A stretch of DNA of 61,578 bases, counting the filler, from Squatina squatina (taxonomy: Eukaryota), in NCBI GenBank assembly GCA_031763465.1. It is 4 parts of 4 records of this genome, joined end to end, with 100 filler letters (N's around TTAATTAATTAA, not from the genome) between each part and the next. Parts side by side here need not be neighbours in the genome. Positions count along the whole stretch, not along the records: positions 13,102 to 31,146 come from JARFOE010000073.1; positions 31,247 to 45,518 come from JARFOE010000016.1; 2 more parts are not named here. The stretch is one strand, 5' to 3'. Below the pieces are notes generated by a model. The model searched no databases. It saw only the letters and a program-made list of their open reading frames with translations, and was not told the origin of the DNA. Positions within the stretch are counted from its first letter, which is position 1. Each line of letters opens with the position of its first letter. Made by a program: the position numbers and the translations under genes. Below are positions 27,292 through 39,900 of this stretch, piece by piece.

Positions 27292-29130
27292 ACAGCCAGG
27301 TAGCGGTCCCAGAGGGGAGCGGCCTGGCTCAGGGTCCGCAGCCGGTGGGCAAAGAAGATCTCAGCGACCAAGACCCCGAAGGCTTGCATGTCGCGCTGGA
27401 GGAGTTGGGAGAAGGACAGGGGGTGAGCCCGGTCTCCCCGGGCGCTCTCGGCCAGCTGGCTGTACAATCCTCGCGTCAGGAAGTTGTTGAGTTTCTCCAG
27501 CTCCTCCAGGGGCTGCAGAGGGTTGAAGCCCTCGGGGAGGAAGATCTTGGCCTCCTCCAGCTCGGGGAGGTCTGCAGCCCCTCGGGCACGGTTTGCTCTG
27601 CCGAGGGGAGCCCGAGAATCTGCTGCCAGGAGGTTGGCGGTGGGGGCAGGGGGCGACAGCTCCGAAGGCTTATCCAAGGCAGACAGGGAATCCAGTGCCT
27701 CGGTGCCTTCCTCCAGATCCTCCTCCTCCTTGGAAGGGTCTCCGGAACCCCGGTCCGCTGGCCATTCTCCCTCCGAGCCCGCCATCTCCAGCACCATCCC
27801 GTTAATCGTGCCGGCCCCGCTTGTCTGGAAACGCCGCTCCGCCACCTCCTTGGCGCTGCGGGTGATGACGGGCGCCTCTGGCGGGGCACAGCTGCCTCCC
27901 GCCAGGCGCTGAGGGTGCGGCTGGTCAAACAGCTGGACCACCCCGTAGCTGGTCAGGTGGGTGTGAGCGTCCACCAGGTGCAGGCACACATTCTTGGCTT
28001 TGACCGCCTCCTTCCCGGTCAGCTTGCAGCCGAAGGTCAGGTCCACCCAATGGTGCAGGTTGAGCGAGACTTCCTTGGACTCCAGCAGCTTGCTGTGGAT
28101 TTCGATGAATTCCTGGTAGGAGCCACACCAGGCCGGGATATCCAGGTCGGGCATGTCCGGGTGGATGGACTTGAAGATGGTGGGGTCGGTGTAGAACTCG
28201 GGAATGCACTCGTCCGGTGTCCAGGACTGCATNNNNNNNNNNCGGGTACTCATTGGGCTCCCACTGGGACCTCACATGGCTGCACAGGACCGAGCGGGGC
28301 GTTCGCCGAGCTTTGTAAACATAGTAGGTGATGTCCGACAGCACGTCCGAGATGTGGTGGGGTACGTGGAGCTGCTCCCCAGCCTGGCCTCCAGCCACAA
28401 AAGCCTCCTTGGTCATCTCGTAGGTGAAGTCCAGCTGCTTGTCCCCTTTGTTGAGGCGGAACTTGGACTTGCGCAGGTCGCGGAACTTGCCGTAAGGCAC
28501 GGTGAAGTCCACCACCCAGGGCAGGACTGGGTGGTAGTTGGGATCGCCAGGCCTGCGCCCGGCCAGTCGGTTCAGCCCCATCAGGTAGCTGAAGTTGCTG
28601 ATCCTCCCGTGCACCCAGTCGCTCACCAGGCCTGGCAGCTCCTCCAGCCTCCCGGAGCAGCCTGTGCCCTCGCCCGCCCGTTCCCCGGCCTCGCCCCTTG
28701 CCGTCTCCGTGCCCTCCGGCCTCTCATAGTCGCAGAGGCTGATACGCAGCTGAACGCAGAGCCTCTCGTCTATTGCCACGTGGTCCAGGGTCAGGCAGCC
28801 GCAGGCCAGACCCTCGCGGTGAGAGGCGCGCATGGCCTGCAGCAGCTGGAAGAGCACGAAGAGCACCTTGGCGTGGCTGTTGGCCAGCTTGGCGGGGCTG
28901 TAGGTGACGAGGTCGCGCAGCGAGTAGCGGGAGAAGGGCTGCACCACGTAGAGCGCGTGAGCTGACTCGAGCAGGGCCTCGGCCTGCAGGAGATTGGGGT
29001 GAGTCTCTCCGTTGATGGGGGAGGGCGAGTGTCCGCAGTCTTTGGGGAGCGAGAAGTCTCCACCGACTTGCACGAAACTGCAGCTCAGCGCCCTGCTCAG
29101 CGCCCGCTTGACGGTTTCCAGGCAGGAAGC
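27292..29130 (-). CDS. WDR81: WDR81 large exon (kinase-like region plus BEACH domain), partial
   Basis: LETVKRAL...[14 protein letters not shown]...[14 protein letters not shown]...[22 protein letters not shown]...WEPNEYP[10N][14 protein letters not shown]...HHWVDLTFG; two ORFs joined across the 10-N gap at 28233-28242; 3' side cut by a gap. Confidence 0.93.
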
Positions 29131-30240
29131 CCCAGGTCAACTGAACTCAGGTGAGGACAAGGAGTCGCTGGAGAAAGAGAGGCGGGCTTACAAAGATCAC
29201 ATGACTTTATACTCCCACAATGGAGCTACCATAGCNNNNNNNNNNNNNNNNNNNNNNNNNNNNNNNNNNNNNNNNNNNNNNNNNNNNNNNNNNNNNNNNN
29301 NNNNNNNNNNNNNNNNNNNNNNNNNNNNNNNNNNNGCTCGCTTTTAACTGGGAGGTGATTAGCCGTTTTGTGTAACAGACCTTGGAAGCAACGGAAACCA
29401 TAGATTCAAGTGGATCCCAGTGATAAACCACTCATCCTGGTTATCATCAGGTGCATCTCCTTGGGTCTGGGTGTGTCTCGCGTTTGATTGCTTCCTAACT
29501 GTATTTGGGTATTATCAGGCTTTTAATCTGAAATTCCTCCAGGATAGGCTGCATGAGGCTTGGATCAGTAGTTGGGTGAGAGCCTGTTCTTGAAACAGTA
29601 AATAACCTCGTACACCCTCCCTCGCCATCTCTTATTTCTGATGCTGAACAAAAATTAGAGAGGGAGAGTGGAAAAAATATTCTCGTCTCTCCTACTCCAC
29701 CCAAGTATGTTTTTTAAAGAGGGTTTGGGATCCCACTGTTTTCTTCCCATTCAGGTGATGTCAGGGCCTGCAGCTCGAGTGACTGAGTGTGCTGCTGTCA
29801 GACCAGTCGATTACAGTCTGGTGACAGTTAACTGGTGATGGCACTCCTGTTTGTGTTTTTCCCCTCTCGCTTTAACTCCTCACCACCCCCTCCCTTAATC
29901 AGAATACTGGAGACAGGACACAGGGTGCATATGCCTTGCTCTGCAGTGCTGTGCATCAATGTCCCAGTTTACTGCAGCATCCCACTGCTGACCCTCATTA
30001 ATTACAGCCACTGGAGTGATGGCGGGACTGGGTGGTGGGGGTTCATGACATTTCTACCTCCAGTAATCTCTTCATGTTGTAATTCCTGGATTGCAGACAA
30101 CAAGACTTTCACCCAACAGGAAAGGTCAACCATCATTGAAGGTAGAGATCTCATCACTTACCCCATTCAGGTGCTCAGTCAATGCCTCAGTAAGAATACA
30201 GTGATGGGCACTCAGTGCCTTAACACCCGCCAATACAGTA

Positions 30241-30323
30241 CTGTCCCACTGCGCACTCACTGTCCCAATGCACTGTGCCGTCCCACTGCGCACTCACTGT
30301 CCCAATGCACTGTGCCGTCCCAC
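30241..30323 (+). repeat. 37-bp tandem duplication
   Basis: GTCCCACTGCGCACTCACTGTCCCAATGCACTGTGCC x2 plus a partial copy. Confidence 0.85.
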
Positions 30324-30566
30324 CTCACACCAGGCCAGTGCACTGCATTGTCCCTTTGAGTGCTCATCGCTTCAGTGCACCTTACAATCCCGCTGCACGC
30401 ACACGCACACGCACACCATGTCAACGCTGTGTTCTGTACGAATCCGCAACTGCCTTGACACGCGCTCAGTAACTGCAGACGTACACCCCCCATGAAGTGT
30501 TCAGCGCTCCTCTGCAGATTACATGCTGATACAGTAATTGTGTTGTTGATTATTTTTGAACTTTAG

Positions 30567-30673
30567 GTGAAGTATGCACTGATCAGCGCTCAGCGATGTA
30601 TGATCTGTCAGGGAGACATCGCCCGCTACAGAGAACAAGCCAACGACACCACAAACTATGGCAAGGCTCGCAG
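30567..30673 (+). CDS. SMG6: SMG6 internal exon (107 bp)
   Basis: ctttag/GTGCAG boundaries; VKYALISAQRCMICQGDIARYREQANDTTNYGKAR. Confidence 0.92.
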
Positions 30674-31146
30674 GTGCAGTATTACTGTCCACTTTACAAA
30701 AGTGAGAGATGTGGAACAAAAATGCCTTTTCACCTTCTGTTCATTGACGCTTTCATTTCCCTCGTGCTTCAGGTGTCTTGTCTGTTTGTACCAGATATCG
30801 AGAGGATTTGCCCCAGGCTCTGCTGGTGCTGCTTTGGTCCTTGGCCCCAGGAACTTTCCCTCTATTTTCCGTTTTCGGTATGGTTACCGAAATTCAGGCC
30901 CCCACAAAGCTTAATATCGACAAGCTTTGTTTCTGTCCCCTCATCCAGTTACTGTGATTGTTAAATAAATCACTGATCTTTACAGCCAGCAGAACAGGAG
31001 GTGGCCATTCAATTGGATCATGGCTGAAAGACTTGCATTCCTGCAGCCCCTTTCACGACCTCAGCACATACTCAGCGCTTTACAGCCAATGAAGTACTTA
31101 CATAGAAACATAGAAAATAGGTGCAGGAGTAGGCCATTAGGCCCTT

Positions 31147-31246
31147 NNNNNNNNNNNNNNNNNNNNNNNNNNNNNNNNNNNNNNNNNNNNTTAATTAATT
31201 AANNNNNNNNNNNNNNNNNNNNNNNNNNNNNNNNNNNNNNNNNNNN
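31147..31246. other. Artificial scaffold linker
   Basis: 44N-TTAATTAATTAA(31191-31202)-44N. Confidence 0.97.
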
Positions 31247-32289
31247 ATGGGGTGTTTGAAAGTGAGCAAGAACACCAGGGCATATTTGATTGTGTCTGGG
31301 CAGAATTCATAAAAGATTGTGGCTCTTGGTAGCATAGTAGACTTAGTTTATATTATATGTATGCTCATGTAGAGGGTATATGCAATTATACAGTCTACAT
31401 GTATCAAGAGGTATGTATGTGTTTAAGGATAAAAGTATGAGCTTGTGTGGAGGGGCTAAGGTGTGTGTGTTCAAAAGCAAGTGCTTGTGATTATGTATAC
31501 AGGTATACTACTTTTGTGTGGAAAGAGTATGTATGTGCATGTTAATGTAGAGTGTCCATATGGNNNNNNNNNNGTACAAATCATTTGTGTAAAGCAATTG
31601 CTGTTAGACTTGCCTCCATCTGGTAGGGGTGGTAATTAATTAATTTCACAGCTAGCAAATCATTAAATATTGACAGCTGCTTTGGCAAGGAGAGCACAAT
31701 GGTGTGCTGCCAATAAATAACTGTACTACCATGGCATGGAGGAGAAGACCAAATAGAATCCTCACATTTCAGTGATGGTGCATTCTATAAAACATTACAT
31801 AGAAACCACAGCAAAGAGTATTCAATTATATTTAGGCCAAAAATAACAAACAAAACCACATAGATGATAAAAGCAGTACAGANNNNNNNNNNNNNNNNNN
31901 NNNNNNNNNNNNNNNNNNNNNNNNNNNNNNNNNNNNNNNNNNNNNNNNNNNNNNNNNNNNNNNNNNNNNNNNNNNNNNNNNNGAAGAGATTAAGAGATGA
32001 GGCAAGGCAATCAGAGGTGGTAATGGCAACATTACGAAGCACATTACATCTTTGCGTCGCTATTTATTTGTAATTAAAAATATATAAGCACTGTTATTTT
32101 GAAAAATTCTTGGCAGCAATATTACTTCAGCCAATCTGCTGCCAAAAGTACGAAATGAAGCAAAACTGCTCAAACTAAATAGTATCAGTGGTGATCTGAG
32201 GAAGCACAGTATATTCTTGGTCTTAGAGTGAACATTACCAAAGGTTTAATTCACTTAAGTAATACTAACAAAAGTTTTCCATTAAACAG

Positions 32290-32382
32290 CCACCCAAAAA
32301 GAAAAAAGGGAAAGCAGGCAAGAAACCAAAAACACCAACGGTGATCGATGGCCTTTCTACAGATGCAATGTCTAAGGAGCAG
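32290..32382 (+). CDS. GAS8: GAS8/DRC4 exon following the ATG exon (93 bp)
   Basis: aaacag/GTAAAA boundaries; PPKKKKGKAGKKPKTPTVIDGLSTDAMSKEQ. Confidence 0.88.
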
Positions 32383-32425
32383 GTAAAATTCCTCTGTTCT
32401 GTGAAAATGAAGATATATATGAACT

Positions 32426-32499
32426 ATATCTGTGACCTAATCGGTCAGCACGTTCGGGTGTTAACTATAAGGTTGGCGGTTCGAGCTCACCCAGCGACA
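32426..32499 (+). pseudogene. tRNA-Asn(GTT) pseudogene
   Basis: Ungapped 74-nt match to vertebrate tRNA-Asn: AATCGGTCAGCACGTTCGG-GT-GTT-AA-CTATAAGGTTGGCGGTTCGAGCTCACCCAG; anticodon and acceptor stems broken. Confidence 0.8.
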
Positions 32500-32514
32500 G
32501 GAGCTTTGAATTTA

Positions 32515-32785
32515 TTTTAAGGTAATTGCCAAATAAAAACAAAGGGGAGATGAGAAGAATATTTTTTATGCAATAAGTTATTAGGATCTGGAGCGCACTG
32601 CCTGAAAGTTTGGTGGAAGCAGATTCAATAGTAACTTTCAAAAGGGACGTGGATATATACTTGAAAAGGAAACATTTGCAGGGCTACGGGGAAAGAGCAA
32701 ATGAGTGGGACTCATTGGATAGCTCTTTCAAAGAGGCACAGGCACGATGGGCTGAAAGACCTCCTGTGCTGTATGATTCCATATC
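32515..32785 (+). mobile_element. CR1 LINE 3' end
   Basis: VEADSIVTFKRDVDIYLKRKHLQGYGERANEWD. Confidence 0.8.
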
Positions 32786-32847
32786 TGTACTTAATGGTTC
32801 ATGGGTTTCAGCTGTAAAACTAATTATTCTTTATTGACCATACACAG

Positions 32848-33045
32848 TTGGAAGAGCACATTGTTCGGCTGCGTGAAGAGCTCGACAGAGAACGAGAAGA
32901 ACGGAACTACTTTCAGCTTGAGCGTGATAAAATCCACACTTTCTGGGAGATCACAAAGCGGCAGCTGGAGGAGAGGAAGTCAGAATTAAGAAACAAAGAT
33001 CGAGAAATGGAGGATGCAGAGGAACAACACCAGGTGGAAATTAAG
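32848..33045 (+). CDS. GAS8: GAS8/DRC4 exon (198 bp)
   Basis: acacag/GTAACG boundaries; [42 protein letters not shown]...HQVEIK. Confidence 0.95.
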
Positions 33046-33084
33046 GTAACGGGCCTAATTCAACAAGATCATTGGAAAATTAAC

Positions 33085-33637
33085 ATATAGGAATAGGTAG
33101 GCTATTAGCCCCTCAAATCTGTTCTGCTGTTCAATTAGATCATGGCTGATCTGTACTTCCACTCCATTTACCTGCCTTTGTACCATATCCCTTGATACCC
33201 TTACCCAACAAAAATCTATCAATCTCAAGTCTTGAAAATTTCAATTGACCAAGAATCTACAGCCTTTTGGGGTAGCGAGATCCAGATTTCCACTAGCAAT
33301 TATGTAGACAAAAAGTGTTCCCTGATTTCAATTCTAATTGACCTAGCTCTAATTTTAAGATTATGCCCTCTTGTTCTGGGTTCCNNNNNNNNNNTTAAAC
33401 ACCTCAGTTATATCACCCCTCAACCCCCTAAGCTCAAGGATATACAAGTCAAGTTTATGCAACATGTTTAAATCCTGGTATCGCTGTGGTGAATCTGCAC
33501 TGTACCCCTTCCAAAGCCAGTATATTTATATATTTTTCTTGAGGTTCGGTGCAACTGTAGCCTTCCTCACTTTTGAAATCCAGCTCTCTCAAAATAAAGG
33601 CTCACGTTCCTTTAGCTGTTTTGATTACTCCTTGTAC
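33085..33637 (-). mobile_element. CR1 LINE 3' fragment
   Basis: ttagatcatggctgatct...atatcccttgataccc; similar to 59612-60760. Confidence 0.75.
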
Positions 33638-33737
33638 NNNNNNNNNNNNNNNNNNNNNNNNNNNNNNNNNNNNNNNNNNNNNNNNNNNNNNNNNNNNNNN
33701 NNNNNNNNNNNNNNNNNNNNNNNNNNNNNNNNNNNNN

Positions 33738-34260
33738 CAACCCCATATCCTCTCCAGCACAAAGACCACTGACTTCCATCTCCATAACATCGCCCATCTC
33801 TGTCCCTGTCTCAGCCCATTTGCTGCTGAAACCTTCATCCATGCTTTTGTTACCACCACACTCTACTATTCCAATGCTCTCCTTGCTGGCCTCCCACCTT
33901 TCACCCTGTATAAGCTTGAGATTATCCAAATTTCTGCTGCCTGTATCCTAACATGCAACAAATCCTGCTCACTCATCACCCCTGTGCTTGCTGTCCTATA
34001 TTGGCTTGCAGTCCACCAATGCCTTGATTTTAAAATTGTATCCTTGTATTAAAATTCCTCCATTATCTCTCGCCCCTTCCTATCTCCGTAACCTCCTTGA
34101 GCATACAACCCTCCAAATCTTGCCTCTTGTGCATCCCTGACTCCCTTTGCTCCTTCTGTATGGCGACCATCAGCCATCTAGGCCTAAGCTCTGGAATTCC
34201 CTCTATGTCTCTGCACCTCTCTCATCCTTTAAGACCCTCCTCAAAATCTACCTCTTTGAT
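33738..34260 (+). mobile_element. L2-type LINE 3' fragment
   Basis: FHLHNIAHLCPCLS...AETFIHAFVTTTLYYSNALLAGLP...ITPVLAVLYWL. Confidence 0.8.
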
Positions 34261-34264
34261 ATAT

Positions 34265-34815
34265 AAATTCAAGTTGCTATAATCCAAATTAGGATGGCAT
34301 GTGACTTGGAGGGGTACTTCGGCTGCCCTTGTCTTTCTAGGTGGTGGAAGTTGTGGGTTTTGGAGGTTTTGTGGAAGAAGCCTTGGTGAGTTGCTGTAGT
34401 GCAGCCTGTAGATAGTATACACTGCAACCCAGTGTTGTATGCCAGTGGTGGAGGGAGCAGATGTTTAGACTAGGGGATGAAGTGCCAATCAAGTGGACTG
34501 CCTTGATGTGGATCGTGTAAAGCCCTCTTGGGTGTTGTTGAAGCTGCACTCGTCCAGGCAAATGAAGGGTATTCCATCACACTTCTGACTTGTGCCTTGT
34601 AGGTGGTGGAGAAACTTTGAGGAGACAGGTGGTGAGCCACTCACAGCAGAATACCCACCCTTACACCTGCTCTGGTAACCATTTATGTGGTTTGTCCAGT
34701 TGAGTTTCTGGTCAGTGGGGACCCGATGATGGTAATCTCATTGAATCCCAAGGTGGGGGGCGGAGTGTGGTAGCTAGGCTGTCTTGTTAGAAATAGTTAT
34801 TGCCTGGCACTTGGG
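34265..34815 (-). mobile_element. LINE fragment (CR1 group)
   Basis: Homologous to 25013-25315. Confidence 0.65.
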
Positions 34816-35384
34816 TATCTCAACAATTTCTTTTCTGCTTCAAACCCTGTACCTTGGGTTCCTTTTGAAAGTAGATATGCAGGAAACTATCTGAATTGAA
34901 TTGGACTTGTAAACACTCTAATCCGCCAGCACTTTACAGTTGTGCCACTTGAGTATTTGGCCAGGAGAGAGCAAGGGTTGTTCTTGAGAAATAGCTAATT
35001 GTTTGTTTCAAATCTGCCAAAATGTTTGGTTATAACAGTAATACTATTAATGTGCTATTGTATAGATGTCAGTTTTATTAGTAAATGTCAGTGTTGTATT
35101 TTTATCTGCTTTAATGGGGGGAAAATATACCTGAAGGCTAGGCAATTTCCTGCTGTACCTGAGTTATGGGCCTAAGACCCTTCCAGAAGCAACACAGCTC
35201 CATCTTGTGGAGGAAAACCATGTGCACTCCTGTCCGCTCAGTAATGTTAGTACCCAGTTATTAAAATACCTGTGCCTTGGGCAGCCCATCCTTTGAGTTA
35301 AAGGGAAAGGCCACTGGAAAAGAATGCACCAGTTAACAGTTGAAGCCATTAAGGTGACATACAGTTTGATTTTTCTTTTCACAG

Positions 35385-35471
35385 CGTGCTAGAGCAAAGC
35401 TTAAAATTATGGACAAAGAAATGAAGCAGTTTAGGTGGGAGCATGAAGTACTAGAGCAGCGCTTTTGCAAG
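35385..35471 (+). CDS. GAS8: GAS8/DRC4 exon (87 bp)
   Basis: ttttcacag/GTAGGT boundaries; [29 protein letters not shown]. Confidence 0.9.
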
Positions 35472-36757
35472 GTAGGTTGCAATAAAAATATTTACTAAAA
35501 TGTAACTGGTGGAATCCAAACTACAAATGGCAAAAGCACCATTGTGCCCTCACACACTAAGGGAGGTAACTCCCAAAAATGCAGGAATTGTCCTGGTTGG
35601 TTAAAGATCATGGGGGCTCAATTGGTTAGCGCCACGCTGGTAGCGCTCGAGGCTAAATTAGCTTGATTTTTAGCACTGTATTAACGCTGATGAAAAAAAT
35701 TGGTGTATTGGACTCTTTAAGAAAAATTTTCAGTGGTGGTGCTAATGGGGCCTAATGGGAGCGTTACTCAGCTCATCTGTGGTGCTGAGCGGGCGAGGCA
35801 GTCTCAACTGTTCCAATTCATTGAACTCATGATGGGAGTTAATCAGTTTCCAGCCCTTCAAAATAATGTGCAAAGTCACTTCAGCTGCTGCTCCGGTCAC
35901 TGGCAGTCTGAGATCGGGAGGTGTTGGTTGTGGTGTTGTGTTCCAGGAATCTGTGTATTCGGTGCTGAGACATTTGTTGAGCTGCACATAAGTGATGGCT
36001 GCTGCAGCTGGCTTTCAAAGAGCACGAAGGTTCACCGGTACGAGTCTCTGGTGGCAGTGGTGGNNNNNNNNNNNNNNNNNNNNNNNNNNNNNNNNNNNNN
36101 NNNNNNNNNNNNNNNNNNNNNNNNNNNNNNNNNNNNNNNNNNNNNNNNNNNNNNNNNNNNNNNACACAATTTATGGCAGATCATGTTTAGAAATGGTAGC
36201 ATTCTCACCGTTGTCAATGTTCAAGCCCTGGTTCAAGGTCTGAGCTTATATTCTAGGCTAATAGCCAATGCATTTTTAAGGGTGTGCCGTAATAGTGAAA
36301 GTGCCATCCTTCGGAAGATATGAAAAACCGTGGCACGTTCTGGTGTTTTAGGTGAATGTTAGAAATACGATAACACCATTTGAAGAGCAGAAACTCTCCT
36401 GATGTTGTGGCCAACATTCCTCCCTCAAGCAGCACTACCCAAGACAAATTAATCATCATTCATCTCACTCGTGTTTGTGGGACTCTACTGTTGTGAAAAT
36501 AGCTGCCAGGTTGCCTATGTAATAATAGTTGCTGCACTTCAAAGTAATTCATTGTATATAACATGATATGATGCATTTCTTAGAAACTTGATAAGGCACT
36601 ATATAAATACAAATCTGTCTGTTTGCCACTTTTTCAGAAAGGCTATGCCCCTTTGAAGATGTGTGTTTGCAATGAAAAAGATAACTTAATGTAAAGCATA
36701 AGCACATGTTTTCTATGGGATTCTGTAATAAAGTTTGACACTCTGCTTTTTACACAG

Positions 36758-36907
36758 GCTCACAATGACTTGCTGCGAACATACGAGGCAAAACTTGTGG
36801 CATTTGGAATTCCAGTAGATGAGCTTGGATTCAAACCATTGGAGACTGCCTTTTGTGGACAAAGCATTGGTCAGGGCCCAGCTGGGCTGGTTGCTGCTGC
36901 AACATAG
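36758..36907 (+). CDS. GAS8: GAS8/DRC4 last coding exon
   Basis: Acceptor ttttacacag; [49 protein letters not shown]. Confidence 0.93.
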   Translation, partial: AHNDLLRTYEAKLVAFGIPVDELGFKPLETAFCGQSIGQGPAGLVAAAT

Positions 36908-39900
36908 GTCTGGGCTGCAAACTACACTTCCTAATGACATGTTGAACACCTGGTTACCAATAAATATGTTTGGTAACGTCCCTAATTATAATTCGATACA
37001 AAGTTCTCTGTGAAAACCTGTTCAGGAGATGTCTTTTTAATACTAAAAATGAACAAAGTTTGCAAATACTTTATGGTTTTGAGAACTTGCTGTGTCTTTT
37101 TAAAACTAAGAGTAAGTATTTTAAAATATACATTTAGAAAGAAACACTTTGCCTCATCATAGTAGGGTCTGATTTAGATTCCTGTATACCAGAATAAGAG
37201 TTCTTTTAATTAAAAAAACACAAAACCTCATGAACTTTTTTGCTGTTGTCATCTAGATTTTGCTGGTGACTTAACACTACCAGTCACTGAATTATATTTG
37301 TAGATATGCAGTAATTTCTGGCCGTTTTATCTCCCGCAGCTTCACTCAATGTAGCTAACAAGTCCAAATATCCTAACGGTGCCCAATTAACGGCGCCCGG
37401 CCTCTTTGGTCGTTAAAATGGCGTTCGACCCTGAAAGCCTTTTTTTGTCGGTAAGTGCCGCACTGGGCAATTCGGCGGGGCCCAGCGCGATGTACAAGAA
37501 GGTCAACGTACGTTACTAGGTGGCGTCCATGACGCTGAAAATGGCCAGCCACNNNNNNNNNNNNNNNNNNNNNNNNNNNNNNNNNNNNNNNNNNNNNNNN
37601 NNNNNNNNNNNNNNNNNNNNNNNNNNNNNNNNNNNNNNNNNNNNNNNNNNNNCTGCACAGTGTTACTTGAGTTTAAGGAAGCCCATAGGAAACAATAAAA
37701 CTTAGAAAAATAGCAACTCCTTTAATGGGCCCAGCCAGGCCAGAGTACTTCACTAATCTACACCAGCGAACTCCCTTAGGTGTCCTTACACACACATTTC
37801 ACTGCGTCTCCTTCCCATCATCCTCGTGCACTTTGTTACAATGTAGGGATCTGATGATTCCCTTTAAAGAGACAATACCATTTGCTGTAATTCCATTAAC
37901 TTTTACTGGTCAGTCCACACCATTAAAATGCCATTAGCCTGTAGATCATTTTAAATTCCATTAAGGTCAAGTGCTGTGATTTACTGAAATAGTGGTTGGG
38001 GGAGAGAATTTTTGAAAAACATTTACTGATATTCAAACAAAACACCAAACCAACAGCCATCTCTTCTGCACCATCTACATATTCATTTCACTGTGGCTTC
38101 TCATGTACAAGGTCCTTGCAATGGGTCATTTATTTACACGCAGTTTTAATAACAGTACCAGCTACTAACCTAAACGGGAGTGAATTTGATTCCCTTCACC
38201 TACCACCCCAAATGATGGAGAGCGATTAATATTGTGACCGTAGAAAACAGATATGACTGACCGTTCTCTTTATTGGTGGCTGGTCTTAACCATACTCGGT
38301 TTAGAATATCTATCAAATATAGTTGTAACTGCAGTTTCTCTAAATAGTTTAGCTTTTGAGTAACGAAGGAGATTTGAAAATATAACAGCTGGAAGAGTGT
38401 CTGTAGACCTGTATCCCAGCTGGAGATTGTCCCGTTCTTCGGGCGCAGACGTGTTCTGCAGCGCTAACCTGTACTTTCCCAAAAGGGTCACAGGTCATAT
38501 TGTAACTTGCTCCTATTGGCTGAAGTCTGGCTGGCAGCCACAGACTCTTGTTCCACAACCACAACCTCTACTACTGCACACTGTGAACAAGTTCATTGTT
38601 CCTGGGAGCTTGCACGTGAAAGAATGATGCAAACGTTGACAGGTATGTTACTTCTTAAAACCCAAGTGGAGAGANNNNNNNNNNNNNNNNNNNNNNNNNN
38701 NNNNNNNNNNNNNNNNNNNNNNNNNNNNNNNNNNNNNNNNNNNNNNNNNNNNNNNNNNNNNNNNNNNNNNNNNNAACAACATTGATCTTTGCTTCTTACC
38801 TGGTGGAACAGTGCCAGTATCCCCTGTCCCAGATAAGCCCAACCAAGAAACCTTGAACCACAAAGCTGTCCATTAAAGAATTAGTCATTGACTTGCCTCT
38901 TCTCACAAGCTGTGGAACCTGCTGCCAATCCTAACCAGCACCCCAGGGTGGTTGGATTCTTTGATCTGTACCAAATGACTTGACTGACTTTTCAAAATCT
39001 TTAAGACATGTCAGAACAAATGATGTTTGTACACAGTATCTCTTAGCAAACATTACTACGGCATAGCAGCTCTGAGAATGAATTGCTGCTGTAATAATTC
39101 TTTTGTCAGCTGGCTACCATTTGAAACAGTGGGTCCTGGCCATCAACCATGGGATTTGCATATGCATATCTTATCGATGCCCATACAAATGAACAGTCTG
39201 GCTGGGTATTGAAAAAGCTGACTGTGTTCCATGTAAACCTAGGTTGTCAATACTTCATGTGCCTTCACTAGCAATAACGAATCCAAATGAATAATCTAAT
39301 GGTCAAAATGCTACATTTTTGTCACCATGACATCCAGCAGCTATTGGGAAAGCGGGCAATAGTTTCATGTTTACATGTAGTTGCACAGTGTAGAGAGGGA
39401 ATTTCTACAAGCATTTCTTGGGTAAATATCCATATGATATGACTCACTGATGTTTTACTATTTTGGAACTTGTGCATCTCTACAACTTCCCCAGACAATT
39501 TATAGGAAAGGACATTCAACTAGTGCAACTCCTGAAAAATCTGAATTGAGGAATAACTACTGGTTAGCAAAGGGTTACTCTGCAGGTGCGAGCTTATTCA
39601 ATGTTTTCTCAACACAGCCTATTTGTGTTTGGACTTGGTTTGGGTGTCATATTGCAATCCTGCAGTTAGTCATCTCTTTGTACTCACTCTATGGCCCTTT
39701 GATGAAATGAGATTTCAAAAAGGCATCATTCACCTTTTTAAGTTTTGAAGTTCTGCTCTTGCTTTCTTTGAATTATCTGTGCAATTATAAAACCTGCTTT
39801 TAGTGGTTTGGGGCCTATGGCTTGTGCATTATGAATTCTCTTGNNNNNNNNNNAAGCGAGAAAAGGCCAATGTCCTACCCAGCCCTCATTTGCAGCTTTT

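Noticed and set aside
28233-28242. WDR81 pseudogene frameshift in the BEACH domain
   Set aside because: Falls exactly on a 10-N placeholder gap
27189-28965. Long plus-strand ORFs (380 aa and 253 aa)
   Set aside because: Antisense shadows of the GC3-rich WDR81 exon
29137-29139. Selenocysteine recoding of the in-frame TGA
   Set aside because: No SECIS seen and no known Cys/Sec at this site; a 1-nt indel explains the alignment better
29336-31146. miR-22 or snoRNAs expected near WDR81/SMG6
   Set aside because: I found no mature miR-22 sequence or convincing C/D box pair by eye
38270-38650. Cluster of short ORFs with a possible GTATGT donor downstream of GAS8
   Set aside because: No frame stays open between plausible splice sites and I recognise no protein
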